Shown here: piece by piece, positions 50,520 through 64,000 of the stretch
How the letters are laid out: each line of letters starts with the position of its first letter
How positions within the stretch are numbered: position 1 is the stretch's first letter
Position numbers and translations under genes: made by a program
From: Hyphochytrium catenoides
Taxonomy: Eukaryota > Protista > Hyphochytriomycota
DNA: 64,000 bases
NCBI GenBank assembly: GCA_900088475.1
Contig: FLMG01002914.1
Span: 5,971 to 69,970 of the forward strand
Reading direction: 5' to 3'
The notes under the pieces: model-generated
Databases searched by the model: none
Told to the model about the DNA's origin: nothing
The model's input: only the letters and a program-made list of their open reading frames with translations

Positions 50520-53189
50520 ATGTCCACTAATGAGAAACTTAACGCTGTGCTGGAGCACGGGCTTCGAGAGCGCTTAACTACCAACCCGAAGGAAGTGCAG
50601 ACCAGGACACGGTTGGGCCAGCTCTACGGCTACAGCCCCACAGCAGACATTGTCAAGACTCGGGCAAGAATCCTTGCATATCAGGGGCCCCAATCTCGAC
50701 CCACGGAGTTGGATAAGAAGAATGTACAGATCTGTAAATGCGGGGTGAAGCAAGTGAGCTACCCTGACAAAGTTGCCTACGGAGACCAGCTTCTCCCTAT
50801 TAGCAGTACGTCCACCGCTCTTCACTATATTGCCCTTACTCAGCATCCTCTCCATCTAACTCTACACTTGAATCTCTTCAGGCTGCGAGCTACATCCGGG
50901 CCCATGGTACGTTGGCTATAATAACGCAGCCCGCATGTCGGGAGAGCGATTGCAAGCAAAGGCAAACCGCTACGGTGCTCGAGGAGCTCTAAATATGGAG
51001 TTGCAGGTGAATCGGCAGGACCCTCATGGCTGTCACGACAGATTGACCTTGAAAGAGCGGAAAGATGTGCCACTGACGAGCAAACTTCTGTTAGGAGAAC
51101 CAGGAGCTGCAACTAGTGTTAGCTAAGGAGAAGAAGAAGTCGCCAGAGCACTTGAGGAAGCGTGACTCCGTTGACATCTATGCGAGACCGTTGCAGGTCT
51201 TCTTAGACTCCCGCCCTTCTCTCTTTTAAGCATTATCTCCAACAGCCTTCTCATCGTTCATGGTTGGCGGTTTTGGTCAGCTTAATTGCATGTGATCAGC
51301 CTCTTCGACAAACATTCAACTCAAGGCCCCTCCAATTCTCTGGTGATGAGCTAGTTCCTTATCCTCTCTTCTTTCCAATTTCTTGTCAGGGCACGCCTTT
51401 AAGCTGGAGTGGACTGGGAGCCTATCCTCAAGGCAGCAAACTTTCCGTAGACTATGGCAGGAGCTTGTCTAGCCCTGGCAGGAGCTTATCTAGCCCTGGC
51501 TCGCCACTTACTCGACGACCTCCAACAGCGGAGACAGAAGAGCCAACTCGGAGGCCGGAGGGCTATGAGAGAGCCTTGGCCATGCAAGAAGCAGAGGCCC
51601 AGAGGTTGCAGCGAGAGGTAGACAGAGAGAGAGAGAAACGACGGATCGAGTTTAGCCGCAAGCATAAGGACCTGCCCGAAAGACCCAAAGAGGCTATTGC
51701 TTTAAAAACAGTGCCGTGCATGTCGGAGCCTAAGCGAGAGAAGACTCTTCATATGAAGAATTTTACCATGATCCATCATTCCGACGCAGATATTACTGAG
51801 GAGCTAGAGGTGATCTTTTTCTGCCCTCCAGCGACTTACCGATTTTCTCGACCGTTAGTGCTTCAATCCTTCATTTGGTTGTCCTATTCTCCAACTTTCC
51901 AGACAGTTTAGGACTCTGTCTCCCTCACCCTGCTGCTATCTGGTCTGCCTATCTCCAGCTACCTGCGTGAAGGCTGTAAGTGAGTAACTTTATCCTTGCA
52001 GATGACTCATCGTTGCGATGACCGCCTCCAGACAAAGTGGAAAGACCTAGCCGTGCTAAATAGTGCGGTGCGCTCCTCCATCAGCAGGTAGTAAACCCCT
52101 TGAGGGATTCTAGTCTTCCAACTAGAGAAACACATCAGTTACCCGTTCTATACCTTGAGAGCCCTAGTAGTCTGACTTGTTACGCCAGGAGGAAAGAGAC
52201 TCAGGATATTGGCGCACTTCTACGGGATTTGAAGGAAGCCATCGAGCAGGAGACGAATGGATCAAGGTGCTTTCGATTCCAGGGACTCTCTATATAGCTG
52301 TACTAACGCTTCTCTTCTTTCCTAGGTTTCTCGTTCGCGATCAATTCTGCGCCATCCTCCTGAAGCGCTATCCCAACCTCCCTCTGCGGACGGTTAATCG
52401 GATCTACTCTGCCTTTGACTTGGCCCGCACTGATAGAGTGGACTATAGAGATTTCATGGCCTGTCTCAGAGTCTTAAGACACGTAAGTCTTCAATCTTAC
52501 CGCTTCAGAGGTGCCTAGCTCTATCTAGACATCCCTGACTCCTCACCATGTGTTGCCATTGTTCTCTCCGGGCGAACCTCCCTTAACCCTATCGATATCA
52601 CCGCTCCGTACTCCACCCATTGATCCTCTCAATAGTGTGGAACCACTAGCAGAGGGCTCCGTTGACTTACACTTGACGAATGATATTACTCTTCCCGCGG
52701 CAGGTCGGCACCCCTAAGCAGTTACTAGAGGCATTGGTGGACCTGTACGCCACATTCCTTCCCAACGTTCCTGATCGGTTGACTCTGGAAAATGTGTGCA
52801 GCATCTTCTCTGTCTGCGCAATGTCTACATCAGACATGGACCAAGTAGCTGCTGAGGTCGGCAACCATTGCTCGTTCGTTTTGCCACCAAGATGCCTGCT
52901 CAAACTATAAACTCTGGGTCGTTCTGTGTCCTCAACCGCTGTTACCCCTTTCTCTCACTTGCTCGGTTGACTTCCCTCTTTTCCGCCAACACCATCTTGT
53001 GGCTCAGTCCCATCAGCCGCTGATCTTGTCTATTTCCATGCGTCTTAGGTTAAACGTGTATTTGCATCACATCTCCGGAAGGAGGACCAATCCGTTGGAT
53101 TGGGAGAGTTCTGGGAGATCTTCGTTTCTGAGGGCCAGCAAGCGCTGGAGCTTTTGATAGTTCAGTTTGATCAGGCGCGGCCCCACTGA
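50520..53189 (+). CDS. Uncharacterised protein with coiled coil and C-terminal EF-hand-like region, about 9 exons
   Basis: Consistent GT-AG chain from MSTNEKLN to ...QFDQARPH*; RIYSAFDLARTDRVDYRDFMACL is EF-hand-like. Confidence 0.7.
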
Positions 53190-53579
53190 GAAGGAGTGTT
53201 TCGATGTTAGCCATCTATTTATTTTATGAGGATTTTCTGCGACACAGAACTTCTTGTCGCTAGTTCTGTGCTCTGCGGTACGGAGACCAGCATCTGGTAC
53301 AGCTTAAAGAGGAGCTTAGAAGTTACAATGTGCGCTGAGGGCCGAGCTTATTGGCCAAGGTGATGGCGGGAAGCTGCTATGATACGAGCCTCCTAATCCC
53401 AAGCATTAGCTTATCCCCGTGCTTTGTATGTGGGGCCGCAGTGGGAGCTGACCCCAGTTCTGTCATATCTTCCTCAATCTGCCATTTTCAAGTATACTTT
53501 CTTTCCACATCGCTCTGCTCCTGTCGACTGGGAGTCGAGTGCGCTGGAGGACTTCATAGATAGCTTACCCAGGAAGTCT

Positions 53580-55697
53580 CTACTCCTCATCGGGGACCAT
53601 CTTGCTGGCCATCTGCATAATATACCGCGCAGCGGCTTCATTTTGGGGTACGCCCAAGCCCCGCATGTACATGTCTGCCACATTTTGCCATGCATGAACA
53701 TTGCCAGCTTCTGCCGCCGCCTGATAGAGATGGAAGGCTCGTCTATAATCCACCTCTCTTCCACAATACCCATTGAAGTAGATGGCGCCTAGAGATAACA
53801 TGGCATCTGGGTTGCCTTCTGCCGCCGCCTTTTCATAATAAGCAAGCGCCTTATTTACGTCGACTGCCTGTCCGTCACTGCCGTGAAAATAGATATCCGC
53901 AAGGATGAAGTACGCATCGCCGTTCTGACCCACACCGGTATTCCAGTCAATGGTGAGTACTATTGTTATGCCACTGGCGAAACAGAATTTACCTCTAGAG
54001 ATTCTGCCCTCTTAAGGTAGTGCCAAAACAGTGCCGTGTCAGCAGTAAGCTCATTTTCAGGGTCTCCGGATCGGTACAGCTGTGCTAGATACACTAGAGA
54101 GCCACTGTGGTTCTGCTCGCCAGCCGCTTTTAAAAGCCTCAGACTCTCCTGAGGGTTCTTGGAGACGCCCTCTCCGACTCTTCACGCAGAAAGCACAGGT
54201 TAGCAGCGCAATGGTAAGTACATATTTCTGTGGCGCGTACCTGAGAAGATGCCCCAGCCAGAACTGGGCAGCAGGGTCCCCCAACTTGCATGCCCTCTCT
54301 AGGAGGGAGGCGGCCCGAGCTAATTCTCTATCTACACCTTGGCCCTGAGGAGCAGCAGTCAGGAATAGATGGTATGGCAGATTCAAAGAGCGTATAATAG
54401 AGGAACGTAGTACTGACATAAAAGTACATTTGCGCAAGATTATAGAGCGCATCCGAGTCTGGAGACGGCTCCTGAGCGGCAATAGTGTACCAATGATGTG
54501 CGGATTCCAGTGCCCTGGGACTTTCAGTCACCGCTATCGCCTCGTTACCCATACGCACCTGGGCAGCCCGATGCCTATCATATCCCATATGTTAACCAGT
54601 GCAAGGTGCAGCGGTTGTGGCTTTTGACAAAAAGTTACCCATTCAGTGCTGCCTCTTTCACCCATAACAGATACTTTTGTCGGTCTGCAACTAGCTCATC
54701 GGGGTCCTCCTCCTCCGGAAACGAGGTGGTGGCCAATACCTTCGAGTTCGGGTCCCAGGGTTCCAGGGCCTCACCTAAACAGCTCTAAGAAATGCCTTAA
54801 GGCAAGATTAAGTTCTTCTAGGTACCTGCTTTGGTGTGAACAACGACGGCAGTCTCAGATCGCGGCGATTGCGACTTGAGCCCAACTCCTGCCTTCTCTT
54901 TTAGACGGTGCTTCTTAAGCTTCCGTGCCCTAAGTGAGAGAGAGGAAGGCTTACACTTTATTCTCACCACCTTTTGCATCAGGGTCCAAGCTTACTGCTT
55001 TTGAATCTTTCTAATGTCCTGGACGACTTTTCTACCGGCAGTTTCAGCGGAGTCTGCAGAGGTCTCTGCCTATAGACTCTATCAGATGGAGATTGGGACC
55101 AATACAAGCTGGTAGTTAGGGGGAAAGAGTCTCTTACCGTCAGCGCCATGAGCTCTTCCGGCATCGCGTACAGCAAACCCAGCAGATACTGAGATTCTGC
55201 GTTGCCATGTCTTGCAGGCGTTTGAAGCCAAGAGAATGCTGCTCTTAGATCTCGCTGTATGCCATCTGCTCCCAAAAAAAATGCCCTTCCAAGGTCCGCC
55301 GCTGCCTGGGGATTATCAGTGTGAGTCTTGAACGTGGAGCCACCCAGCATAGGCAACGTACTTGGAGATCCCCAGCTTCTGCCTCTTCAGCCCATTGTTG
55401 AGCCAACCCAGCGTTTTCTTCTAAAGAGTATAACCCTTGACCCTTCTCGCTAAATGGTCGAGAGACCCGTGAGAAGGAGAGGCCGGCTCTTGTCTGAATA
55501 ACTATGGGCACGGGTCTGCAAAGGAACCCCGTTCTTATGCCAAATATTTGCCGCTGCCTTCTGGAAGCACCATGACACATTGTCCGTATCGAACCCAGGG
55601 TCACATCTAAGTGCGCGCGGGGAGGAGGCCTTCTTCCTCTTTCTAAAAGAGGCCGCCATCTGCCTCCTGATGGCCGGCGAAGTGCCCAAGAGAACAT
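53580..55697 (-). CDS. SEL1-like repeat protein, multi-exon, possible organellar transit peptide
   Basis: KALAYYEKAAAEGNPDAMLSLGAIYFNG, AFSWLQTPARHGNAESQYLLG, ALYNLAQMYF, AQFWLG; R/S-rich N-terminus. Start codon uncertain (55697 or 55580). Confidence 0.85.
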
Positions 55698-56699
55698 AAG
55701 CGCGAGAGTTTGAACAGCGGACAGACGCAACCCTGGCAACCTCAAGAAGCGGCACTCTGGAGATGTCTATTTGGCAAGCGTCGCCTAAGCCTGAACAGGC
55801 GAGAGAGAGAGGTGTGGCGGCGGTGGTGGGCAGAGGTGCAGCAGGTGAAGGCTTCATGCAGACGAGCTGTCTTTCAGGAAGGAGGAAGATCAGGGGGATG
55901 ATGGAGCCCACTTTCTCATAAGGACCCAACCCGAATTTGCAAAAGTTACTTTCGGTAAACCAGTTGTTAGATTCCTCAGGGAGGAAGGGTAGACTGGCTG
56001 TTTGCTACACCTGGACAAAGGCATGGACTTAACGGTGACCGAAAATTGACGAGTCATTGGAATGATTGGTAAGAATTACCCACTAATTTACGGTTTCTAC
56101 CAATTGATGGGCTGGGCAAAAAGGAACCACCCCCCTCCTAGACTCCTAGTGGTGAAGCTATCAAGAAGCGTGTGAGTCTGCCTTCCCCATCCCATCACTG
56201 ATATCTACCGCCTCACGTCGACATCTACCCGACGTGTAACCTCCCACCCTCAAGGAGCCTCCTTATTAGCTCTTCCAACGCCCATGGACTGGACCTGACA
56301 TAACTCGCCCACCCATCCGAAGGTTACGAATTACTTTGAACCAGCTGACGTTGCTGTCACTCTCTCCCTTCATGGCTGCTGCTGGTGCAGCACTAGCCCC
56401 GGGGGAGAGCAGCTCCTCTTCTCAAGCCTGCAACTGCTCTGCCTGCCGCGGGGCGGGGGCGGCAGCTGAGAGCTCCGTCAGCCCTGATGATGGCCCATTG
56501 GCCTCCCTCTCCTAATGTCGCTCCATCCCTGAGGACACAGGCAGCCATCCGGGCATTTTGCATATTTCCCCTCACTCACCCATTCACAGGAGCAGCAATA
56601 GCTAGGGAAGACCTACCACCCACACCATTTCATAGCAGGAATTAGTCTCAACACCTATCCGCCCGTCAGCAACCTACAGTCAAGTGCAGGTTGCTCACC

Positions 56700-57728
56700 A
56701 TGGCCAATAGCCCTCGAGTATATGAAACGGAAGGGCCGACTGGCTTCAACTTCTTCGGGTTCCTGGGACACATCCTAGGCTCCAAGGGGTCAACGGGTTT
56801 TAGCTCTGCATCAACTGCAGAGGAGGTGGCAGCCACCTGGGATGGCAAGGGAAAAGTTGCGGTGGTTACTGGAGCATCGGCTGGCTTGGGCAAAGAATCT
56901 TCTCGGGTGCTGGCCTCGAGAGGTTGCGAAGTCATTCTTGCGTGCAGATCGGTAACTAAAGGGCAAGAAGCTGCCGATGAGATCAAGGCGCGGCACCCTG
57001 AGGCCAAGCTTAGTGTTATGGAGCTCGACCTTGCCTCGCTCGAGTCCGTCAAGAAGTTTAGTACGGCCTTCAAGAAGACGGGAAAGCGTTTGAACATTCT
57101 GCTCTGTAATGCGGGTGTGATGGCTTGCCCTTACGACCTCAGCTCCGACGACCATGAGATGCAGTTTGCAACCAATCACTTGGGCCACTTCTTCCTAACC
57201 AAGCTGCTAATGGGAACTCTTATTGAGTCTGCGAAGCAATCTAAACAGCGGAGCCGGGTGGTGGTGGTCTCCTCTGTGGCTCACTATATGACATATGGGA
57301 AGGGCGCGGGCGGACCCATCCGGTTAGAGAGCATGAACCAGAAAGAGAACTATCACTACTGGTCGGCTTACGGGCAGAGCAAGCTGTGTAACATTCTGTT
57401 CACTAGAGAGCTACACAAGCGTGGACCTCAGGAGCATATTTTAGCTGTCACTCTACATCCTGGGGCCGTAGTGACAGAGCTCCAGCGTCACCTCAATCCC
57501 AGCAACAGTTTCCTGTTAAGCGCTGGGCGCCTTGCCGTTCGCCCGTTCTTTAAGACCATTCCCCAAGGAGCCGCCACTCAAGTCCTTCTTGCGACGGCTG
57601 AGGGCGTGAAAGGTGGAGAGTACTATACTGACTGCAATATTAGCGCATCCAGCGCCGCGGCACATGACGCTGAGCTGGGTGAAAAGCTCTGGGAGCTGAG
57701 CGAGAGGCTGGTTGCTGCCTATGAATAG
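56700..57728 (+). CDS. Short-chain dehydrogenase/reductase, retinol dehydrogenase/Tic32/WWOX-like
   Basis: Intronless; TGASAGLG, NAG, QFATNHLGHF, VVVVSS, catalytic YGQSK, LHPGAV. Confidence 0.92.
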   Translation: MANSPRVYETEGPTGFNFFGFLGHILGSKGSTGFSSASTAEEVAATWDGKGKVAVVTGASAGLGKESSRVLASRGCEVILACRSVTKGQEAADEIKARHPEAKLSVMELDLASLESVKKFSTAFKKTGKRLNILLCNAGVMACPYDLSSDDHEMQFATNHLGHFFLTKLLMGTLIESAKQSKQRSRVVVVSSVAHYMTYGKGAGGPIRLESMNQKENYHYWSAYGQSKLCNILFTRELHKRGPQEHILAVTLHPGAVVTELQRHLNPSNSFLLSAGRLAVRPFFKTIPQGAATQVLLATAEGVKGGEYYTDCNISASSAAAHDAELGEKLWELSERLVAAYE

Positions 57729-58481
57729 ATAGCAGTAGGTCGTAATAACGACGGAAGGAGAACCACTCCAAAGGGCGAAGATTTTGATGGGGAAGCAAGG
57801 TTATCTCCAACATGGTAGGGTTAACTCCATCTAAAATACGTAGTAGCGGTGCTACACTGCCCTTACCTCCTTCTCGTTTGGCCACAGACCACTTACATAC
57901 GTCCACAGTGACCGCGGCTATCACCTAAATCTGCCTCTCTAGTCCTTTTTTCTTCTAAACTGTGTGTCCTCTCCCGCCTACATTCAACCGCCACACTCTC
58001 TCCATATTCATCAGACAACATGATGGGGGGGAGGAGGGGTGGGGGGAGGGGAGACACAATGGTCAAGGTCATCGGAAAGGGGAAGTATCTTGCATGGTCT
58101 GCTTCATCCCACCATCATCCAGAGGCTGACCTCCTGACTATTGCTAGTGTTGGCTGCCAGGTCCTGTGTGGGTCTCCTGCTAGTAAGCTCATCGGGGCTA
58201 CTACTCCTTTTGTGCCACTTTATGCGTGATAGTGACCTAGAGATCATAACATGACCTGCACAAAGATGTCCCACTCACGGCCTAGAGGTTACTGTGCCCC
58301 TCGTACACTGGCCTGTGAATGCATCTGAGAGCAGCGGTTCAGGGAGGCAGCACACCGTCTGCAACCAGTGATCCATCGGTTAGCTACACTGCCCCCTCTC
58401 GTCATCAAACGTCGCGCCCTGGTAGAGTGTGGTTCTACACAGGTCCCACAGATCACAGATCACTTTGAGAAGAGCTCTCGA

Positions 58482-58496
58482 GGTCGTTAGCGGCTA
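58482..58496 (-). promoter_or_regulatory. TAGCCGCTAACGACC variant about 430 bp upstream of the PDZ gene
   Basis: 13/15 match to TAGCCGTTAGCGACC on the minus strand. Confidence 0.4.
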
Positions 58497-58920
58497 ATGG
58501 GGTTGCGCGGCAGCAGTGCGGGGTGGGAGAGCCGAGCTGCACAGTTTCAGCCAATCGGCGCGCCGCGCTGTCAGACCCTTGTGGCGGCTCTCTAGCGCTC
58601 TCCAGGTACAGTTCTATGAAGAGAGAGAATGATAGTCCATCTCTAGCGCTGCTGCAGAGGCTTGTGACTGACTGTTTCGCTCTTATCAAGGGGCAAGAAG
58701 ACGGAAGCTGCAGTTTGTTAACGTCTACAGAGTAGGACGCTAGAGAGCAAAAAGAGACTCGTTCTTGACCAGCCACTATTGTAAGCTTGCCGAGACACAT
58801 TCATTTAAAGTTGTCCTACCTTGGGGTAGTGGCGCTCTGGTGCTTTTCAGGGGCAAAGTCTGGGACGCTATCAGCGAGCAGAAGCGCTAGCTGAGGTCTG
58901 ACTTGGTAGCGCTTCTGGCT

Positions 58921-60453
58921 ATGACAACTGCGACTGTGTTTAGAGGCAGTTCGGAGATGGATGGTGAGGTCTATCCAGACGCCCAGCTGCGAGATCGTCT
59001 ATCTCAGCTGCGAGTCAAGTTAACCAGCCAGAACCTCACACCGCCTCGAACCAGGCAGCAGGAAAGGCGCTCAGTACCATATGTAGAGACCGCAATGAGG
59101 GGTCCCATTGTACAGGATCAGCGCTATTCGGCCCCAGCCCAACCTTTCCCACAAGCAGCGACCGACTATGGCAGCGGCGGGGCCGCAGTAACCTATTCGC
59201 CAGTCCGAACGAATTATGGCCAGGACAGCGCCCCTAGGTCGGATGCTAGGCGCCACCAGGGCTTCAGGTACAGTTCCTCAGCAATAGGAGAGAGTGCCTG
59301 GGAGAGAAGAGGCTCCGACATGGGGAGCAATTCGAAGCTTGGCTGGGCAAACGACAATGGCGCCTGGGAGCCTCAGGAAGTATTAGGCAATCAGTGGACA
59401 GCCAAGCCTGGGCGCCCCAAACAGTTAGAGGAGGAGTACAATCCTGACTCGGAGTATCATCGAGCTCTAACGGGACCGATCCGTCACTACAGCAGCACAG
59501 AGGATGTGGACATCGACATTGATGCAGAAAGACTCCACAGGGATCCGAACAGGGGATACATCGATGCCCGACAGTGCAGAGTGATTTGGAGAGACGGACA
59601 GCTAGGTCTCGGGTTAGAGGAGAGACGAGTGGCAGGGAACATCGTCATCCGAGTGAGCAAGTTTCACTCAGAGTCCGTTGGCTCTCACAGCAAGGATTTG
59701 CAGCGCCTTTCGGTGGGTGATGTCCTGGTAGAGATCAACGGACAATCTGTCACCGGACAGAGGCTCCGACAGGTTGCACAACTCCTGCAAAACATTCGTA
59801 GGCCGGTGGAACTTGGCTTCATTGCCACCGCTCTTTTTGATGACAGTGCTGATCAGCATGAGGCTGCCCTCCTTCGGAACCCGCAGCGACATTTACCGAC
59901 TGCTGGGGGACTGGCTCCGGCCTCTTTATCAAGCCGCAGTTCAGGGAGCCCCATGAGCTGGCAAACGTCAAACTTCTCTGAAGGAGAGCCCGAGATCATA
60001 GAGCAGCAGCGTGTGGGCGGCCTCTATCAGATCTATTGGGAGAATCCACCCAAACCGTTGGGACTAATTTTCAAGAAGGGTCCAGGCGGTCGCGTGGTGG
60101 TTGCTAGAATTCCAAACGCAAATTTGCAGCCAGGAGCGAACTTAGCGGAAGTCGGAGACACATTGGAGCGTGTGGGAGAAGTATCATGCCGTCACCTCGG
60201 CCTTGAAGAGTGCGTTGAACTACTTAGAGCTGCGCGAGGACCAACGGTCTTAGAGCTGTGCCACATTAGTGACCAGCAGGAGCCCAATCGCTATGGAGCC
60301 ACAGAGCAGCCGACCACCATCCCACGTCCCGCGCTTCTGACTACTCGACAGCTCGGTAGCAGTAGTCGGCGGGGCCCCACGCCGCCCAGCCCACCGCTTC
60401 CGCCTCCAACAGCTGCCATTCAGCGTGCTGGAGCGCTGAGAGGATATTTTTAG
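58921..60453 (+). CDS. Protein with two PDZ-like domains
   Basis: Intronless; GQLGLGL...LSVGDVLVEINGQSV...RPVELGF and KPLGLIF...AEVGDTLERVGEVS...GPTVLEL. Confidence 0.85.
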   Translation: MTTATVFRGSSEMDGEVYPDAQLRDRLSQLRVKLTSQNLTPPRTRQQERRSVPYVETAMRGPIVQDQRYSAPAQPFPQAATDYGSGGAAVTYSPVRTNYGQDSAPRSDARRHQGFRYSSSAIGESAWERRGSDMGSNSKLGWANDNGAWEPQEVLGNQWTAKPGRPKQLEEEYNPDSEYHRALTGPIRHYSSTEDVDIDIDAERLHRDPNRGYIDARQCRVIWRDGQLGLGLEERRVAGNIVIRVSKFHSESVGSHSKDLQRLSVGDVLVEINGQSVTGQRLRQVAQLLQNIRRPVELGFIATALFDDSADQHEAALLRNPQRHLPTAGGLAPASLSSRSSGSPMSWQTSNFSEGEPEIIEQQRVGGLYQIYWENPPKPLGLIFKKGPGGRVVVARIPNANLQPGANLAEVGDTLERVGEVSCRHLGLEECVELLRAARGPTVLELCHISDQQEPNRYGATEQPTTIPRPALLTTRQLGSSSRRGPTPPSPPLPPPTAAIQRAGALRGYF

Positions 60454-60658
60454 ACTGTTAATTTATTTTAGGGACAGGGAGGGCGAGGTATGGACATCCT
60501 CAGATATCTCTTCATCTTTGAGAGGTGGAAGTATATCCTCGCGACTAGAGTAACTGCTCATATCTCTAAAATAGTTGCAGCTAGCATCTTCAGATTTTTC
60601 AGTATGTTGGGTCCTCGAGCTTACTACCGAGCTTACTACCGATAGCTCTACAAGCGCT

Positions 60659-62428
<1,770 letters not shown>

Positions 62429-62714
62429 TCGAAGGGATATGGACTTGTCCTTCCGCTACACTGGCCTTTGGGGATCGGGAAGGAGGTCGAAACGTGGACG
62501 ACGGGCGATATATCTTGTCCAGTGCACTGTCGGAGCAGAAGAGCGCAGAGTGAGCACCTAGCACCAGACCAGCTCCCCAGCTTCGTGCTGATCATGGGCT
62601 TTATCGCGCGGCAGGAGGAGGAGGAGAGACGGGCGAATCCTTGATGTTCAACCTTTCAGGAGGGAGCCCAATCATCATACTGTACGTTGTACTCGTACAA
62701 AGCTTCCACTAGGG

Positions 62715-62730
62715 ATAGCCGTTAGCGACC
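62715..62730. promoter_or_regulatory. ATAGCCGTTAGCGACC about 290 bp upstream of leuB
   Basis: Exact repeat of 50141-50156. Confidence 0.5.
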
Positions 62731-63608
62731 CTCCTACATTTCTACAGACAAGTTCTTAGTAGCTGCGCACAAGCCAGAGCAATCTTGCCTTCACCATTGT
62801 CTTTTCAGTCTCCTCCTCAAGCTCCTCCTCCTTCATTGGCTCATGGCAAATGGCCATCATCGGTGCGGACAAGAGAACCAGGGCTGATGAGCATGACTAG
62901 TCTTAATGATTTACCGCGCTGGCAGTGGTACATAGCCCGGGGTGCTTCACTAAGGAGCGAGGAAGGTCTACAGCCTATAGTCACACACTGAGGGCAACAA
63001 GCATGACGACGGTCACCTTTCCTTTTCGCTAAGGCCTTCGTCATGTGATCTCTGATGGGCCCGGCCGAGGACTGGATTGGTGCTTGCTGTTCTATTATCA
63101 TCACCACGGTCCGCCAGGGTTCTGACGGCCACGCAGGGAGGAGTAGATCGATGATATTTTAAGTGTTTGATAGAAGTTGCTCTGACCACGTAGACCCTGG
63201 AACAATCACAGGATAAGCGAGACGATCTCCTCTCATCCGCCATATTCCGCATATCACGGGAAACAAAGGCATAGGCTACCTGCAAGTCAGCAGCTGTAGC
63301 GTGCCAGCGAAGGTCGCGGGCCCCTCCTGCTGTCGCTTATTAGTCTTGTGAGCCATAATATTCCTCGCCTTAGCTCAGCATACTGCCTGATGGACATCCC
63401 CTACCTTCAGACCTGACAGCAGGAGCGGACTGCTATTGTTTCCATGGCCTCCTCCACAGGCTCTTGGCAAGTTAGCAAGCCTAGAGGTTCCCACTGCTAG
63501 GGAAGATTGGCCAAGTAGGGGCGCTATAGCGCGGGATCAAGAAGAATCACGGCGGACCATTGAGGACATAGATTATGAGATGATGCGCGGGTAAAAGAGC
63601 TAAGACAT

Positions 63609-63657
63609 ACAGCGGCCTACTCGACAGCGGCCTACTCGACAGCGGCCTACTCGACAG
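63609..63657. repeat. (ACAGCGGCCTACTCG)x3 15-bp tandem repeat
   Basis: Direct reading. Confidence 0.95.
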
Positions 63658-64000
63658 GGCAATGTACTGAATGAAGAATGTTAAAACCCCATATTCTCAG
63701 TGTTCTAATTCCGCTGGGATTCCCTCAGCTCCTTGAAGATTGTACTACTTCTCCCTTCCCTTTCTCTGCCCTTTCTACTCAGTGATCTTGGTCTGCATGA
63801 CGTCCGGATGGATAGTGGCTGCGGCTCCGCCCGTAGAGCTCTTTTTGTTACTGTGTCGCGCCCAAGTTGTGCCCACCACCCCTCCCCCGGTGTCTGGGCC
63901 GTCCTTGTGACTCACCAGCTTGCTCTCACCCTGGCCCCCAGCTGCTGCAGAGCTGCCCCCTCCACCTGCAAGTTGACTCTCTGTGATAACGACGCCAGTG

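Noticed and set aside
58025-58052. G-run tract with G-quadruplex potential, and likewise ~10580-10602
   Set aside because: Expected in this purine-tract-rich DNA; no functional context.

Overview
Intron-containing eukaryotic DNA, most plausibly a stramenopile (CBM1-repeat secreted protein, oomycete-like GPI protein, bacterial-type LeuB); the taxon is inferred, not shown. I can support 13 intact or near-intact genes. The left ~31 kb is gene-sparse and rich in secreted/surface genes: a CBM1-like repeat protein whose true frame is absent from the ORF track, two GPI-anchored Cys-rich proteins, a LicD phosphotransferase and a secreted kelch protein, plus a short-chain acyl-CoA dehydrogenase. These lie among microsatellites and decayed gene/transposon relics. 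The right part is denser: CPSF1, an unusual RING-like + double-AAA (Cdc48-type) ATPase, a ricin-B lectin spanning an assembly gap, a decayed CRE-like non-LTR retroelement, EF-hand, SEL1-repeat, SDR and PDZ genes, and leuB. Best leads: (1) the RING-AAA-AAA fusion; (2) a recurrent upstream motif TAGCCGTTAGCGACC; (3) a CpA/CWG->TpA plus small-insertion decay signature in dead DNA; (4) a duplicated 3' splice site in CPSF1 whose upstream copy would create a premature stop. All gene models and family calls were made by eye, without searches.
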